NCBI GenBank assembly: GCA_002425245.1
Contig: DILW01000171.1
Location: forward strand, 9,804 to 73,803
Direction of reading: 5' to 3'
DNA from: Betaproteobacteria bacterium UBA5582
GTDB lineage: Bacteria > Pseudomonadota > Gammaproteobacteria > Burkholderiales > Rhodocyclaceae
DNA: 64,000 nucleotides
A program made the translations under genes and the position numbers. Below the pieces are notes generated by a model. The model saw only the letters and a list, made by a program, of their open reading frames with translations. It was not told the DNA's origin and searched no databases. Numbering within the stretch: position 1 is the first letter of the stretch; the number at the start of each line of letters is the position of its first letter. Below, in pieces: positions 44,274 through 54,089 of this stretch.

Positions 44274-44591
44274 TTATTTCCCATTCTTCCGATTCTTGTC
44301 GCTCGTGAGTAGCTGCGTTATGCGCCCGGGGGTCACATCCAGCAATTGGGCAACGCGCGACTGCGCTCCTCGTGGATCTATTGCCTTTTCGATATTCACC
44401 AGTTCGCCAACATAGCGCGATTTCCCGCATCCGGTCATGCCGTGGTACGCAGCCCGCGCTTGTAGTTTCTGTCTTTCTTCGAGCTCGTCTTGCTTTTCAC
44501 GGAGCTCTTGAATCGCTGCTGTGGTGTGCTTAAAGCCTTCAATAACAGCAGCCATAGCCAACTGCAACGGATCATTATCAGGGATTGCCAT
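44274..44591 (-). CDS. Small coiled-coil protein with C-terminal HTH-like segment
   Basis: 105 aa. It has a coiled-coil stretch (IQELREKQDELEERQKLQ) and an HTH-like stretch (SRVAQLLDVTPGRITQLL). It lies between tniQ and the distal end of Y and has no counterpart in X. Confidence 0.45.
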   Translation of the reverse strand: MAIPDNDPLQLAMAAVIEGFKHTTAAIQELREKQDELEERQKLQARAAYHGMTGCGKSRYVGELVNIEKAIDPRGAQSRVAQLLDVTPGRITQLLTSDKNRKNGK

Positions 44592-44646
44592 GTTGAAAAC
44601 TCACAAATATTAGACGCCTTCAATGCTACAAACTCCAGAAACGAAT

Positions 44647-44687
44647 GTAAACAACATTGTTTAGAAAATCTAAATAATGTTGTTTAC
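44647..44687 (-). terminator. 41-bp near-perfect palindrome downstream of tniQ(Y): probable tns-operon terminator and/or protein-binding site
   Basis: GTAAACAACATTGTTTAGA-aaa-TCTAAATAATGTTGTTTAC has 18/19 arm matches. On the minus strand it is followed by ATTCGTTTC. The core AAAATCTAAA resembles the end repeat AAAATCTAGA. Confidence 0.45.
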
Positions 44688-44757
44688 GTCGCCGTAAACT
44701 ATGGCAGGCTTGACACTTCACGGTCTACCAAATGTACACATCACTTGCTGCACATTT

Positions 44758-46677
44758 TCATTGTTTTGATGGGTTTCGCAGGCAAAATTCCTCGGCTCGC
44801 CCATCTAGACTCCCGAAGCCACTGCTCGAAGATATCTTGCTTGTCTCGGTAAGGAAGTCACCTAACGGCTGATCCAGTCGATAGATCGCTTGACGGCAAG
44901 CTTCGGTACCTTCGACCCCAAGCGGATGAATCTCCCGCTCTGCGAGTAGCAGTACCGACTTTTTAGGAGATACGCCAAGGAGCGCAGCGATATCTCGCCC
45001 AAATACATGTTGCGCTCGAAAGCCCTCGATGTCCTCACGTCGTACCCTTGCGTTCGAAAAGCGTCCAGCCTTCTCGCTGCGAATGAACTCGTGGCGCACA
45101 AGCCAATACGCCACCTCCTGCTTGATGCCGAGCATCTGCGCCATTTCCGGAACACTGAGCGAATCGGCTTGCGATACGCCACAGTTCTCCTGAAATGCCT
45201 TGAGGTCGGATGCTTCAAATACCCAGCGGCTGATCCCCACTGCGTCAGCCGCCAAACTCACTGGCAGAAGCGTTCCCGACCGAACTGACTGTATTAGCAA
45301 GACAACTTCAGCGCTACTCCAGCACCAGTATTTGAAGAGGTGACCCAACGAAACTCGGTCCTCGCCGAGGTCGGAACACACCGGCAACTCGTCTCCCAAT
45401 TTCAGCAAGGCTTCGATCTCACCCCGAGGCACACACCAGGGCATGTAGATCTTGTCGTTGATGCGCCGTGCAAACGGAAACATCAGACGCAATACCTGTC
45501 TCGTTCGATCCCGACTCATGCCAAGCAGGCCGGCCGCCTCCTTCATTGGCATCTCGTCCGCCAGTCGAGCCTTGATTTCGAATAGCTGATCGCGGCGGAC
45601 GACCATGAAGCTGCGCCCGGTACTGCTTACCGACTCCTGACCATCCAACATCCCTTCTTTCACCAGGAACTTCAACCTGGCCGCAGAAACACCCAATTCG
45701 GCAGCGGCCACATTGCCAGGCACCCAGCGCACCGATTGCAGCAGTTCATCGTTCAACCGACGGTTTCGGCGGGCCAGTCCGCCTTTCCAATGTTCCGCCA
45801 GCCAGGATTCGAATGCCTCGCGCACCGGGGCAAAGTTGCTCTCTGCAAATCCCTTGTAGATATAGGTGTAGGCGTGGCGGAACATGCCCATGAGACCGAC
45901 CTTCTGGCCAGCGGATAACGTCTGAAGCTGGCTGAGTGCCGCATGGAAAACCCGAGGCCAGTCGAAGATGATTTCGGCCGCCAGCGAGGTCAGTTGCCAG
46001 GAAACATCCAGTTCATTGGCGCAACGCAGCTTCATCGGTCGAGCGCCGGCTCTAGACCCCATATACGCGCCCAGGTAACGAATCAGGCGCTGCGTCTGAT
46101 CGACATCCAGCGCATGAAAAGGGGACGCGGGCTCGACCTCTTCCTGGCCCAGCAATTTGCGCTCAAGCATTGCAGACAAGCGGCAAACACAGGCTGGCGC
46201 CTCCCTCGTCTCCAGTTGGCGAAGATCGATCCCTGACGTGCTATGCAGCAAGCTGCTTCGACTCCAGTTCAAGGGCTCGTGGACACACCGGTCAACCAGC
46301 CAATTGCCGTGGCGCGGGCAAGCATCAAAGAAGTATAGCTCCCAGGCTGCGCGCCAGCTTGGCGACTCTTCCAGGCAACGCGGACAGAAGCGACTCGAAC
46401 GAAGATTCCAGATTCGCTGCTTGTCCTTGAGCAGCCCAGCCATACGAACCATGTGCTGATGAACAGCAGGGTCGACTGTTTCTGAGGGCAACAGGCGTTG
46501 CCGTTGCAGACTGCCAATCTCGTAGTGAATGCCCATGCGCGACAGGTCATACACCGACAGCAGATTGGCTTCCGCCAGGCGCAGAAAATAGCCGTGAGGC
46601 CCTTCGTTGACCGTCGATAGGGGCCGAACCAGAAGATCCGGCACATCAAGTACCGAGAGCGCTTTCTCCTGCGTCAT
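44758..46677 (-). CDS. tniQ: TniQ/TnsD-like target-selection protein
   Basis: Homolog of 22406..24385 (LLVRP...EGPHGYFLRLAEANLLSVYDL; CPRCL...CPRHG). The start is taken at MTQEKAL (46677). Confidence 0.85.
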   Translation of the reverse strand: MTQEKALSVLDVPDLLVRPLSTVNEGPHGYFLRLAEANLLSVYDLSRMGIHYEIGSLQRQRLLPSETVDPAVHQHMVRMAGLLKDKQRIWNLRSSRFCPRCLEESPSWRAAWELYFFDACPRHGNWLVDRCVHEPLNWSRSSLLHSTSGIDLRQLETREAPACVCRLSAMLERKLLGQEEVEPASPFHALDVDQTQRLIRYLGAYMGSRAGARPMKLRCANELDVSWQLTSLAAEIIFDWPRVFHAALSQLQTLSAGQKVGLMGMFRHAYTYIYKGFAESNFAPVREAFESWLAEHWKGGLARRNRRLNDELLQSVRWVPGNVAAAELGVSAARLKFLVKEGMLDGQESVSSTGRSFMVVRRDQLFEIKARLADEMPMKEAAGLLGMSRDRTRQVLRLMFPFARRINDKIYMPWCVPRGEIEALLKLGDELPVCSDLGEDRVSLGHLFKYWCWSSAEVVLLIQSVRSGTLLPVSLAADAVGISRWVFEASDLKAFQENCGVSQADSLSVPEMAQMLGIKQEVAYWLVRHEFIRSEKAGRFSNARVRREDIEGFRAQHVFGRDIAALLGVSPKKSVLLLAEREIHPLGVEGTEACRQAIYRLDQPLGDFLTETSKISSSSGFGSLDGRAEEFCLRNPSKQ

Positions 46678-46678
46678 C

Positions 46679-47725
46679 TCACTGCCCTCCCCGAGCAAGG
46701 TTCAGCCCCAGCTTGCGGGCGACCGGGGAACCCACCGGATCAAGCATCAAATGCTTGTGGAAGCATTCACCGGATCGGTCCAGCGGACGCAACGGTGACT
46801 CCGGAAAGAACGGATTCAGGCGTTCCGGCACGTTTTCCCATACGCGCTGGCGGTATCCCTGGGCGAGCGCGGCCAGGTCAATGCACTCTTTCCGATCCAG
46901 CGTTGCCGAAAACACGGCCCCTTCCAGCGTCTTGACCACGTAATCGAGGATTCCATAGCTCGCCACATGCATGCGCCTCGCCATGTTGGCTTCGTATAGC
47001 GGGGTCTCCAGAGGAAGCGGCAGCCGGGTCTCGAAGGCTTTCAAAATTCCGCGAAACTCCCGGAAGTCTTCTTCATCGCTCATGGAAAATGGCGAGAGCG
47101 ATATCCGCTCGGAGAAGCGCCGATGCAATTGCTCGTTGCTGTCGATCACCAGCTCGGCCGCCGGCAGTCCGCAGGCAACGATGCAGACGCCGGATGCCTC
47201 CATGAGATTTTTCAGCCAGTCGGTGAGATCCCGGAAAGCGACGACCGTCGGCGGATAGAAAAGGTGCTGCGCCTCATTGAGAATCAGCTTCTCGACCCCG
47301 CATTTACGTACCAGATCGATGATGGCCGCAGTCTTCTCCGAAGAACTGCCCCGCTGCAAGCGATGTGCACCCAGCTTTTCCAGGATCGCACCGGCCAGGC
47401 TACGGGATGTTGGCGATGGCGGCACAGAGACCAGCAGCACGGGGATATAGGTTCGTTCAGCCTGGTGTTGTCTCGGAAAACTCGCCTCATAGGTCTCAAC
47501 CAAGGTGCTTTTTCCGGCCCCGGATGGCGCCATGATGAGTAGCCCGGCACTGGTTCCATGGCGTCGCCGTCGCAGATGCAGTTCCGCCATGCGGAATATG
47601 GCCTCCCGATAGCGACGATGGGGAATCGGTTCGATCTTCAGGCTAAAGCCCAGATTGCCGTCACCGGCCAACTTTTCCCTATCGGGCGCGAACCGGCTCA
47701 TCAACTGCAAGGGATCCATGCTCAA
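46679..47725 (-). CDS. tnsC: TnsC/TniB-like AAA+ transposition ATPase
   Basis: Walker A MAPSGAGKST and Walker B LILNEAQH. It is collinear with the X copy. Confidence 0.85.
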   Translation of the reverse strand: MSMDPLQLMSRFAPDREKLAGDGNLGFSLKIEPIPHRRYREAIFRMAELHLRRRRHGTSAGLLIMAPSGAGKSTLVETYEASFPRQHQAERTYIPVLLVSVPPSPTSRSLAGAILEKLGAHRLQRGSSSEKTAAIIDLVRKCGVEKLILNEAQHLFYPPTVVAFRDLTDWLKNLMEASGVCIVACGLPAAELVIDSNEQLHRRFSERISLSPFSMSDEEDFREFRGILKAFETRLPLPLETPLYEANMARRMHVASYGILDYVVKTLEGAVFSATLDRKECIDLAALAQGYRQRVWENVPERLNPFFPESPLRPLDRSGECFHKHLMLDPVGSPVARKLGLNLARGGQ

Positions 47726-49680
47726 TCTCCCTCCGCTGCCAGGCCAAAATCGGGCAAGTCGTCATCCAGACCGGGGGCTAGTTCCGACGGTGGTGCGCTT
47801 TTCCGCTCGCGAATGGGGCGCCTCGCCGCCTTCAATGGATCCTCGCCTTTCAGTACCGACTCGCTGTCATGCAGCAGGAAGCCGGCACCCGTTTTCCGTG
47901 ATCCCATTCGCTTGTCTCGTAAGGCCTGCTGAATCATTGCCTCGATCTCGGCACGCGCCTCCAGAAGCTGGGATGAGAGGCATTGGTCGCCGAATCGTTT
48001 GCGGGCACGCTCCCGAATCAGGCGATGAATGTCCCGAGGCAGCTCCTCCGCATACTCTGCAAGCTTGGCCGGAACCAGGATGTACTCCTTGGCATAGGGA
48101 TCGAAGACATGGATATGCGCAACGCTGTCCTCGTAGTACTTGAGCTTCACCGGCCGATTTTCACCCGACCGGCGCCGGATCGACTGGAGCAGGTCCGAGT
48201 TGTAGTGCAGCCCTTCCAGTTCGATCCCGTAATGGAACAAGGTCCGCTTGGAAGGAATGCCGGTCATCACTTCCAGTTGTTGGGGATAGACCGGCAACTC
48301 GATGATTCGGCGCTCGGCAGATTCCAGCCAGCGATCCAGCGGTCGACCGCCGATGCCGCGATGGGGACTGACGTTGTATATATCAACAACCCACTTCGTG
48401 AGCAAATGGACCAAGGTCACCATGTCGATGACCGCCTTGTCTTCAGCCGGATAGTCGCCACGCGCATCAACGTTGGAGAAGACGGTGCCCGGCAAGCGAT
48501 GGATCAGTCCCATGTTCATGGTCCGGAAGAACCGCTCAATAGCGCCCTTGTGCTGCGGCGTTTTGGAACCACAGAACAGAATCTGGATGCCCATCTCCAG
48601 ACAGGCTGCCTCCAGGGCGTCGGAATGGAGATCCGTACCATTGTCGACCGCAATCAACTCTGGGATTCCATAGGCTGGCCACTGTCCCTTGATATCCGGA
48701 AAGCGCGCCAGCCATTCCTCCTTGGGGAGCATGGCACGGCGCAGGCACTGCAAGACGCCGTGGCTGGAGGGGGCATTGAAGCTGATATAGAAGCCGACGA
48801 CCATGCGGGAATAGGCGTCAATCGCCATCGTCAGCCATGGCCTGCCCAAGGGGAGCTTGGTCAGATTGTCGATAACGATGAGATCAAGCGGCGTGTGGTC
48901 AATCTCGATCCGTTCCAGAACGCTACCGACTTTGACGCTGCCGATGGCGGCCCGGTATTTCACGCGGGCAGACTCGGCGCCGTCCCGTGACGCATCGACC
49001 AGGTTTTGTTGAAGATCATCCAGCCAGCGATAAATCGTTGAACGCGACGGCCGCTTGAGGGGCGGTTCGCCCGGTTGTCCCTGATTGATGGCCTCAATCC
49101 GTCGATAAACCTGTTCGACGACTGCCAGCTTGGGCAATTTCTGGTTGGTGAGATAGACGCTGGCGATCACGTCCTCGAAGATCCCGTAGCGCTTTTTCGC
49201 CTTTGGGCCGCAGGACGGCTTATTGTGAGGAATCAGGCTGTGGATGCTTTTCGTGTTCCGATAGCGCCGCCACCAGGCTTGTACAGTAGCGGGACAAGGC
49301 GGATTCCGGTCATCCATGGTCGCAGCCGCTTTTTCGATGGCTGCCCGCCAGCTTGCCGGGTTGTAGGGTGTGCCCTCCGGATTGATCGCCTGAAGATAGC
49401 GCTGTCGCCGCTGAGCTTCTTTCTGGTGTCGTTCCGGATAGGTACCCAGGTCACGCGGGACAGCCAGATAGAGGGCATCGCTGACTGACCCCAAGGTTGA
49501 TTCATCAATCACCCATTCCCCGGAAAACCAACGCTGGCGCAATTCCCCATCGGTGAGATTCATAAGTTCGCCGTTGTCGGCTTCGAGCTGAATCTTGCCG
49601 GTCGGCAGCCGGCGCCGAATCTGTCGGCGGGTTTGCCCATCGATGAAGGTGAGCCCGATCTTAAAGGAGGTACGTAACAT
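47722..49680 (-). CDS. tnsB: TnsB-like DDE transposase
   Basis: It shares long identical blocks with the X copy (LERIEIDHTPLDLIVID, GRPWLTMAID.YSRMVVGFYISFNAPSSHGVLQCLRRA). Confidence 0.9.
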   Translation of the reverse strand: MLRTSFKIGLTFIDGQTRRQIRRRLPTGKIQLEADNGELMNLTDGELRQRWFSGEWVIDESTLGSVSDALYLAVPRDLGTYPERHQKEAQRRQRYLQAINPEGTPYNPASWRAAIEKAAATMDDRNPPCPATVQAWWRRYRNTKSIHSLIPHNKPSCGPKAKKRYGIFEDVIASVYLTNQKLPKLAVVEQVYRRIEAINQGQPGEPPLKRPSRSTIYRWLDDLQQNLVDASRDGAESARVKYRAAIGSVKVGSVLERIEIDHTPLDLIVIDNLTKLPLGRPWLTMAIDAYSRMVVGFYISFNAPSSHGVLQCLRRAMLPKEEWLARFPDIKGQWPAYGIPELIAVDNGTDLHSDALEAACLEMGIQILFCGSKTPQHKGAIERFFRTMNMGLIHRLPGTVFSNVDARGDYPAEDKAVIDMVTLVHLLTKWVVDIYNVSPHRGIGGRPLDRWLESAERRIIELPVYPQQLEVMTGIPSKRTLFHYGIELEGLHYNSDLLQSIRRRSGENRPVKLKYYEDSVAHIHVFDPYAKEYILVPAKLAEYAEELPRDIHRLIRERARKRFGDQCLSSQLLEARAEIEAMIQQALRDKRMGSRKTGAGFLLHDSESVLKGEDPLKAARRPIRERKSAPPSELAPGLDDDLPDFGLAAEGD

Positions 49681-50299
49681 CGCAGCCTCCTTCCTGGATC
49701 AAACGAACCGGCGTCTCGCCCGCCAGAGGCTCACGTAGATCACAGTGAGCGACACCGACCGCGAGCAGCGCCAGCACTTTTGCCCGACCAAGGCAGGCCT
49801 CAGCATCGGCAAACTGTACCTGTTCGCGGGTGAAATGACCTTCCCATAAGCGTTTGAGCTCGGTCGTCCGCCCGGCCATCCGTTGAACCGATGCCAGCAA
49901 CTGGAGGTTGCGCAACAAGGAGCCAATACGCAGATCGTGATCGGACACGATCCGGAACCCCTGCTGTCGCCGGATGTAGTCAGCGGCGATGGTTCGATAC
50001 TTGTCCTGCATGACTGGCTTGGCGAGATCCTGGGCAGTTTTGACCTCGATATGGATGGCCTCCCCATCCAGAAACACGACTTCGAAGTCCGGGTAGTAGG
50101 CCCTCATGTCCTGGCCATCGTGGTACTGCACGAGAGCAGGTTGCTCCTGGTAGGACAAAACCCCTGGAGAGAATTCCAAGAGAAGGATGACATCCCGCTC
50201 GGTCAGAGACTCCCAAGCCACCATGCGGCCCAGCTTCCTTGATGGAAAATAGCCGCGAAACCGCCGTCCACGGCGGGTGATAACTTTTCTTGCCAGCAT
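49661..50299 (-). CDS. tnsA: TnsA-like endonuclease subunit
   Basis: The start is taken at MLARKVITRRGRRF (50299, after CAGGAG) by homology to the X copy. Motifs are AWESLTERD, YYPDFEVV and HIEVKTA. Confidence 0.8.
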   Translation of the reverse strand: MLARKVITRRGRRFRGYFPSRKLGRMVAWESLTERDVILLLEFSPGVLSYQEQPALVQYHDGQDMRAYYPDFEVVFLDGEAIHIEVKTAQDLAKPVMQDKYRTIAADYIRRQQGFRIVSDHDLRIGSLLRNLQLLASVQRMAGRTTELKRLWEGHFTREQVQFADAEACLGRAKVLALLAVGVAHCDLREPLAGETPVRLIQEGGCDVTYLL

Positions 50300-50435
50300 C
50301 GTTTGCTCCTGTTTGCGGGCAACAGCGCTCCCTGCGCCCACAGCGCATTTCGAAAAACACCGGAAATTTGGGCAAAAACCACCCATCGGCCGGTTCAAAA
50401 ACGACCGTTTTCTCGGTGAATCAGGGGGATATGGC

Positions 50436-50527
50436 TTGACGCCCTGGAGGGCGGGAGACGATACTGAGGTTGTCAGGCCGGTATCGTCAGATCCGCCGTA
50501 GGGGGCAAGCGAAAGCTTGCCCTTTAC
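50436..50527 (+). promoter_or_regulatory. Y copy of the conserved xre-tnsA intergenic module
   Basis: TTGACG at 50436-41, GATACT at 50460-65 (N18 spacer), and a perfect palindrome GACGATAC-N15-GTATCGTC. The hairpin is GGGCAAGC-gaaa-GCTTGCCC (50503-22) followed by TTTACATTTT. Confidence 0.35.
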
Positions 50528-50955
50528 ATTTTGGGTGCCTCCGTTCGTGTCGGTTGATGCATGGAACACGAGGAGTACACAACCTGGCTGACGCCCTCGA
50601 GTTTCTCGGGAATGCTCAGGACGAGTTTGATCAACTCGATTTGCAGGGGATGCAGGCGCCCAAGCTGAGGCTCCAACTGGTGGAGCAGCGCATATTCCTG
50701 TTCGTCGGCATGGGCAGGCAAGGAAATCTGGCGGCGCGAGGCTTCAAGTGCCTGGCTGAGTGCGGCCTGCTCGGCCGCATCCAATTTCAATCCCCGAATC
50801 AGCCGCCCGATGAATTCCTTGCGTGGGGGACCTTTTTGGCTGCGCTCCAGTGCCGAGAGGTAGCTAGCCTCATAGCCCAGCATATGGGCGAGCTCGATCT
50901 GCCGCAGCCCACGGGCGCGTCGAAGCGTTCGCAAATAGGTCGAAAACGGGCTCAT
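50524..50955 (-). CDS. XRE-family HTH regulator (transposon-associated)
   Basis: MSPFSTYLRTLRRARGLRQIELAHMLGYEASYLSALERSQKGPPRKEFIGRLIRGL. It is homologous to 28241..28672. Confidence 0.8.
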   Translation of the reverse strand: MSPFSTYLRTLRRARGLRQIELAHMLGYEASYLSALERSQKGPPRKEFIGRLIRGLKLDAAEQAALSQALEASRRQISLPAHADEQEYALLHQLEPQLGRLHPLQIELIKLVLSIPEKLEGVSQVVYSSCSMHQPTRTEAPKM

Positions 50956-51294
50956 TGTTAATGGATGGGCATGACATTTTGGCTCAAGGATAGAGCCAAG
51001 TGCGCCTGGTATCAACAACGAAAAACACAATTAATCACATTGGATCAACAACTTAGTATGTATTGGTATGCCAAGATATACCAAATTGCAAAAATTGCTG
51101 TGAATTACTTGGGATCACCTAAAGATGTCATTGAGTAGCTGAGACAGCAGCAGCAATTACCATTGCATAATATGAGCCATAGATTCACAATCCGTCTCAC
51201 TCTAGTCACCAGTACTTCTAGAAAATTGAAAATGTCTTATAGGTGAACTAGGTGCATTTCTAAAGTACAACCATTTGCGTGTGAGACTCGACCA

Positions 51295-53223
51295 ATGATC
51301 GTCGCCGATAATGAGACAGCTGTCGACCTCCTATATTACGAGGCGATTGCACGTACTGTTGTCCGCCTAATCAATGAAAAATCGGACGAGCCTCTTAGCG
51401 TAGGTATTCACGGTGATTGGGGCGCTGGAAAGTCTAGCGTCCTGATGATGGTAGAAGAATCATTCTCCGATGATGAACGCGTACTTTGTGTGCGTTTCAA
51501 CGGCTGGCTATTCCAGGGCTTCGAGGACGCAAAAGCAGTCCTGATTGAAATGATCGTCGAGGAGCTACGCCGAAAACGTCCTACATCTCAGAAGGTAGCT
51601 GAGCGGATAAAAAAGGTTTTAAGGCGAGTCGACTGGATGAAGCTCGCACGCAAGGCAGGAGCATATGGCATAACATTAGCCACCGGAATCCCGCAGCCTG
51701 AGACTGTAAAAGATTTGTGCGCGGCCGCGCGAAGTCTCATCAATAAAGGCGCTGAGGATGTGTCGCCAGAAACCCTAGCAGCGCTAGTAGAGGGTTCGAA
51801 TGAATTTTTGCACGAAGTTAGCGAAAGCAACGCACCTGAGCAGATGCATGCGTTTCGGAAAGAGTTTGCTGAACTCTTAGCGGATGCCGAGATTGATCGC
51901 CTAATCGTCCTTGTTGATGATCTTGATCGGTGCCTTCCGGATACTGCAATCGAGACATTGGAAGCAATAAGGCTCTTCCTGTTCGTGCCGCATGCGGCTT
52001 TTGTGATCGCAGCGGATGAGGGAATGATCGAATATGCTGTGCGGCAACATTTTCCGGATCTGCCAGTAGCTACTGGGCCAGCCACCTATGCCCGGAACTA
52101 TCTAGAAAAACTAATTCAGGTTCCATTTCGTTTGCCCTCGCTCGGATATGCCGAGACACGAATCTACGTGACTTTGCTTCTAGTGCTAAACGCCTCTGGA
52201 GAGAAATCGGAAACGTTCCAGGAGCTAGCCAAGATGGGGCGTGAGGTACTGCGCCGCCCTTGGAAGGGTCCCGGCCTTGATCGGAGAGCAATCGAGGAAA
52301 CTTTAGGCAGCGTTCCGCTTGAGGTCGAGCGGGCGATGGAACTTGCTGGACGGATTGCTCCGATACTAGCCGACGGAGCAAGAGGTAACCCAAGGCAGAT
52401 AAAGCGCTTTATCAACACGATGATGTTGCGTCTGGCTATAGCAGAGGAGCGCGGCTTCCGCGATGAGTTGAATATCTCGGTACTTGCCAAGATCATGTTA
52501 GCGGAACGTTTCGCCCCCGAACTCTACGACGCGATAGCGCGTGGCTCTGCAAATACTGGTGCGTCGGAGGAACTCGCCGCACTTGAAGCCGTGGTCACGA
52601 CCCCGCCTACCGACTTGGAAGCAAAATCAACGAACGGACAGGAGAAGACTCTGGCTGCTGGGGTATCCCTCCCCGATTGGCCGAATCTTGAATGGGCAAA
52701 ACAGTGGGCTGCGATTGACCCACCGCTCGCTGAAAATGATCTCAGGCCATACGTCTTCGTAACCCGAGACCGGCGAAGCGTGTTTGGTGCAGTAACATCA
52801 TTGGGAGAACTAGACGAACTTATCGCGAAACTCCAGGGCTCTCCACTCCAGGTAAAGCAAGCCGCTACGGAAATCGCTCGCCTTCAATCACTCGAAGCCG
52901 AACAAGTCTTTGACGCCCTTCGAGCAAAAGTCCGAGACACAGACGATCTGACCCAAGAACCTGTGGGCGTAAAAGGCTTAGCCGAGATGGCGCGCCAGCA
53001 TAAATTCCTGCAGCGACCATTACTCTCCTTTCTACAGGATCTGCCAATCTCCAAGCTTGGCCCGTGGGTGGTCAGTGGCTGGGCGTCGGTTTTCAGTGAA
53101 ACTAATGTTGAGGCAGAGTTTACAGCAACGCTCAAAGGCTGGGCCGAACAAGATGACAACAAAAAATTGAAGGCAGCATCTGAGGCTGTCATCAAACTTG
53201 TAGGGAAAAGGAAGCGCTCCTAA
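51295..53223 (+). CDS. qatA: KAP-family P-loop NTPase (QatA-like)
   Basis: Walker A GDWGAGKSS and Walker B LIVLVDDLDRC. It is the first gene of a four-gene coupled operon. Confidence 0.8.
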   Translation: MIVADNETAVDLLYYEAIARTVVRLINEKSDEPLSVGIHGDWGAGKSSVLMMVEESFSDDERVLCVRFNGWLFQGFEDAKAVLIEMIVEELRRKRPTSQKVAERIKKVLRRVDWMKLARKAGAYGITLATGIPQPETVKDLCAAARSLINKGAEDVSPETLAALVEGSNEFLHEVSESNAPEQMHAFRKEFAELLADAEIDRLIVLVDDLDRCLPDTAIETLEAIRLFLFVPHAAFVIAADEGMIEYAVRQHFPDLPVATGPATYARNYLEKLIQVPFRLPSLGYAETRIYVTLLLVLNASGEKSETFQELAKMGREVLRRPWKGPGLDRRAIEETLGSVPLEVERAMELAGRIAPILADGARGNPRQIKRFINTMMLRLAIAEERGFRDELNISVLAKIMLAERFAPELYDAIARGSANTGASEELAALEAVVTTPPTDLEAKSTNGQEKTLAAGVSLPDWPNLEWAKQWAAIDPPLAENDLRPYVFVTRDRRSVFGAVTSLGELDELIAKLQGSPLQVKQAATEIARLQSLEAEQVFDALRAKVRDTDDLTQEPVGVKGLAEMARQHKFLQRPLLSFLQDLPISKLGPWVVSGWASVFSETNVEAEFTATLKGWAEQDDNKKLKAASEAVIKLVGKRKRS

Positions 53224-54089
53224 TGGGAACCTCGGGAACATTCAAAGGCTCGAAAAACGGACTGGTTCCGAGTTGGGTTGATGAACCAGCCTCACCGCCC
53301 GCAGCTATACCCAGCAACGCGGGGTCGGACTCAACAGATGGTGCCGGAACAAACACCGGAGATCCACCCAACGGGACATCAGCACAGCCATACCCACCCA
53401 TACCTCGAATCCCTGCTAGCTCAGGTCTTGGCGGAGCACGCGGAAACATAACGAGAGGCGCACGAACGTCCGATGAACGAGCTCTGCGGCGAGGCGCCGG
53501 TCGATACGTACGGGCAAGCGGTGGAGGGAGGGCAGCGGCGAGCCGTATGCCTAATTCCCGCGCCGTAGCAAGCGGTATAGCTAGCCTCGCGAGAAGCTTA
53601 GCTAACCAAGGACCGATAGAAGCTCTAAGGCAGTTTAATCTTGAGACTATGGCGGGTGCCCCCGCCGAGGATGTATTCGTCGCCTTAACAAATATGCTTT
53701 GCCCTGCAGGGGGAACCATTGATGAGGCAATTGCCAGAGACGCGATGCTTGAGACAGTCGCTGACTTGGCAGCCTCTGGTGTAGGTAATTTTAATGAACT
53801 CTCTACAGACGATCTGCGTGAGTTCTTCATTGGCGTAGTGAGCAGATCGATCGAAGGTAAGATTCTGAATGAGGTTGGAACTAACGCTATCGCGGTGCCT
53901 TCGGATATCGCCGGAGTAGAGCGCACGCAAGCCATGCTCCATGATTTCATTGAGGGCTGTGTACGCGACGAGTTCGACGCACGTCAAACCAATTTCAGCG
54001 ATCTTGATGTAGCTGCTGTCGATAGCTTTGTCGACGATCTGTATGGTGCCGCACTCAGTTTAGTTGAGGCTTTGGGAGACGACAGATGA
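53223..54089 (+). CDS. qatB: QatB-like protein
   Basis: It starts MGTSGTFKGSKNGLVPSWV and has a low-complexity linker. The call rests mainly on its position between the KAP NTPase and the QueC-like gene. Confidence 0.6.
   Translation: MGTSGTFKGSKNGLVPSWVDEPASPPAAIPSNAGSDSTDGAGTNTGDPPNGTSAQPYPPIPRIPASSGLGGARGNITRGARTSDERALRRGAGRYVRASGGGRAAASRMPNSRAVASGIASLARSLANQGPIEALRQFNLETMAGAPAEDVFVALTNMLCPAGGTIDEAIARDAMLETVADLAASGVGNFNELSTDDLREFFIGVVSRSIEGKILNEVGTNAIAVPSDIAGVERTQAMLHDFIEGCVRDEFDARQTNFSDLDVAAVDSFVDDLYGAALSLVEALGDDR

Noticed and set aside
50300-50569. N-terminal 90-aa extension of the tnsA(Y) ORF. Similar extensions occur on dtd, ansA, the symporter, dnaA and tnsB(X).
   Set aside because: Homology to the paralog or ortholog begins at the internal Met, which has a proper RBS. 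The extensions run through the conserved non-coding module or through upstream genes.
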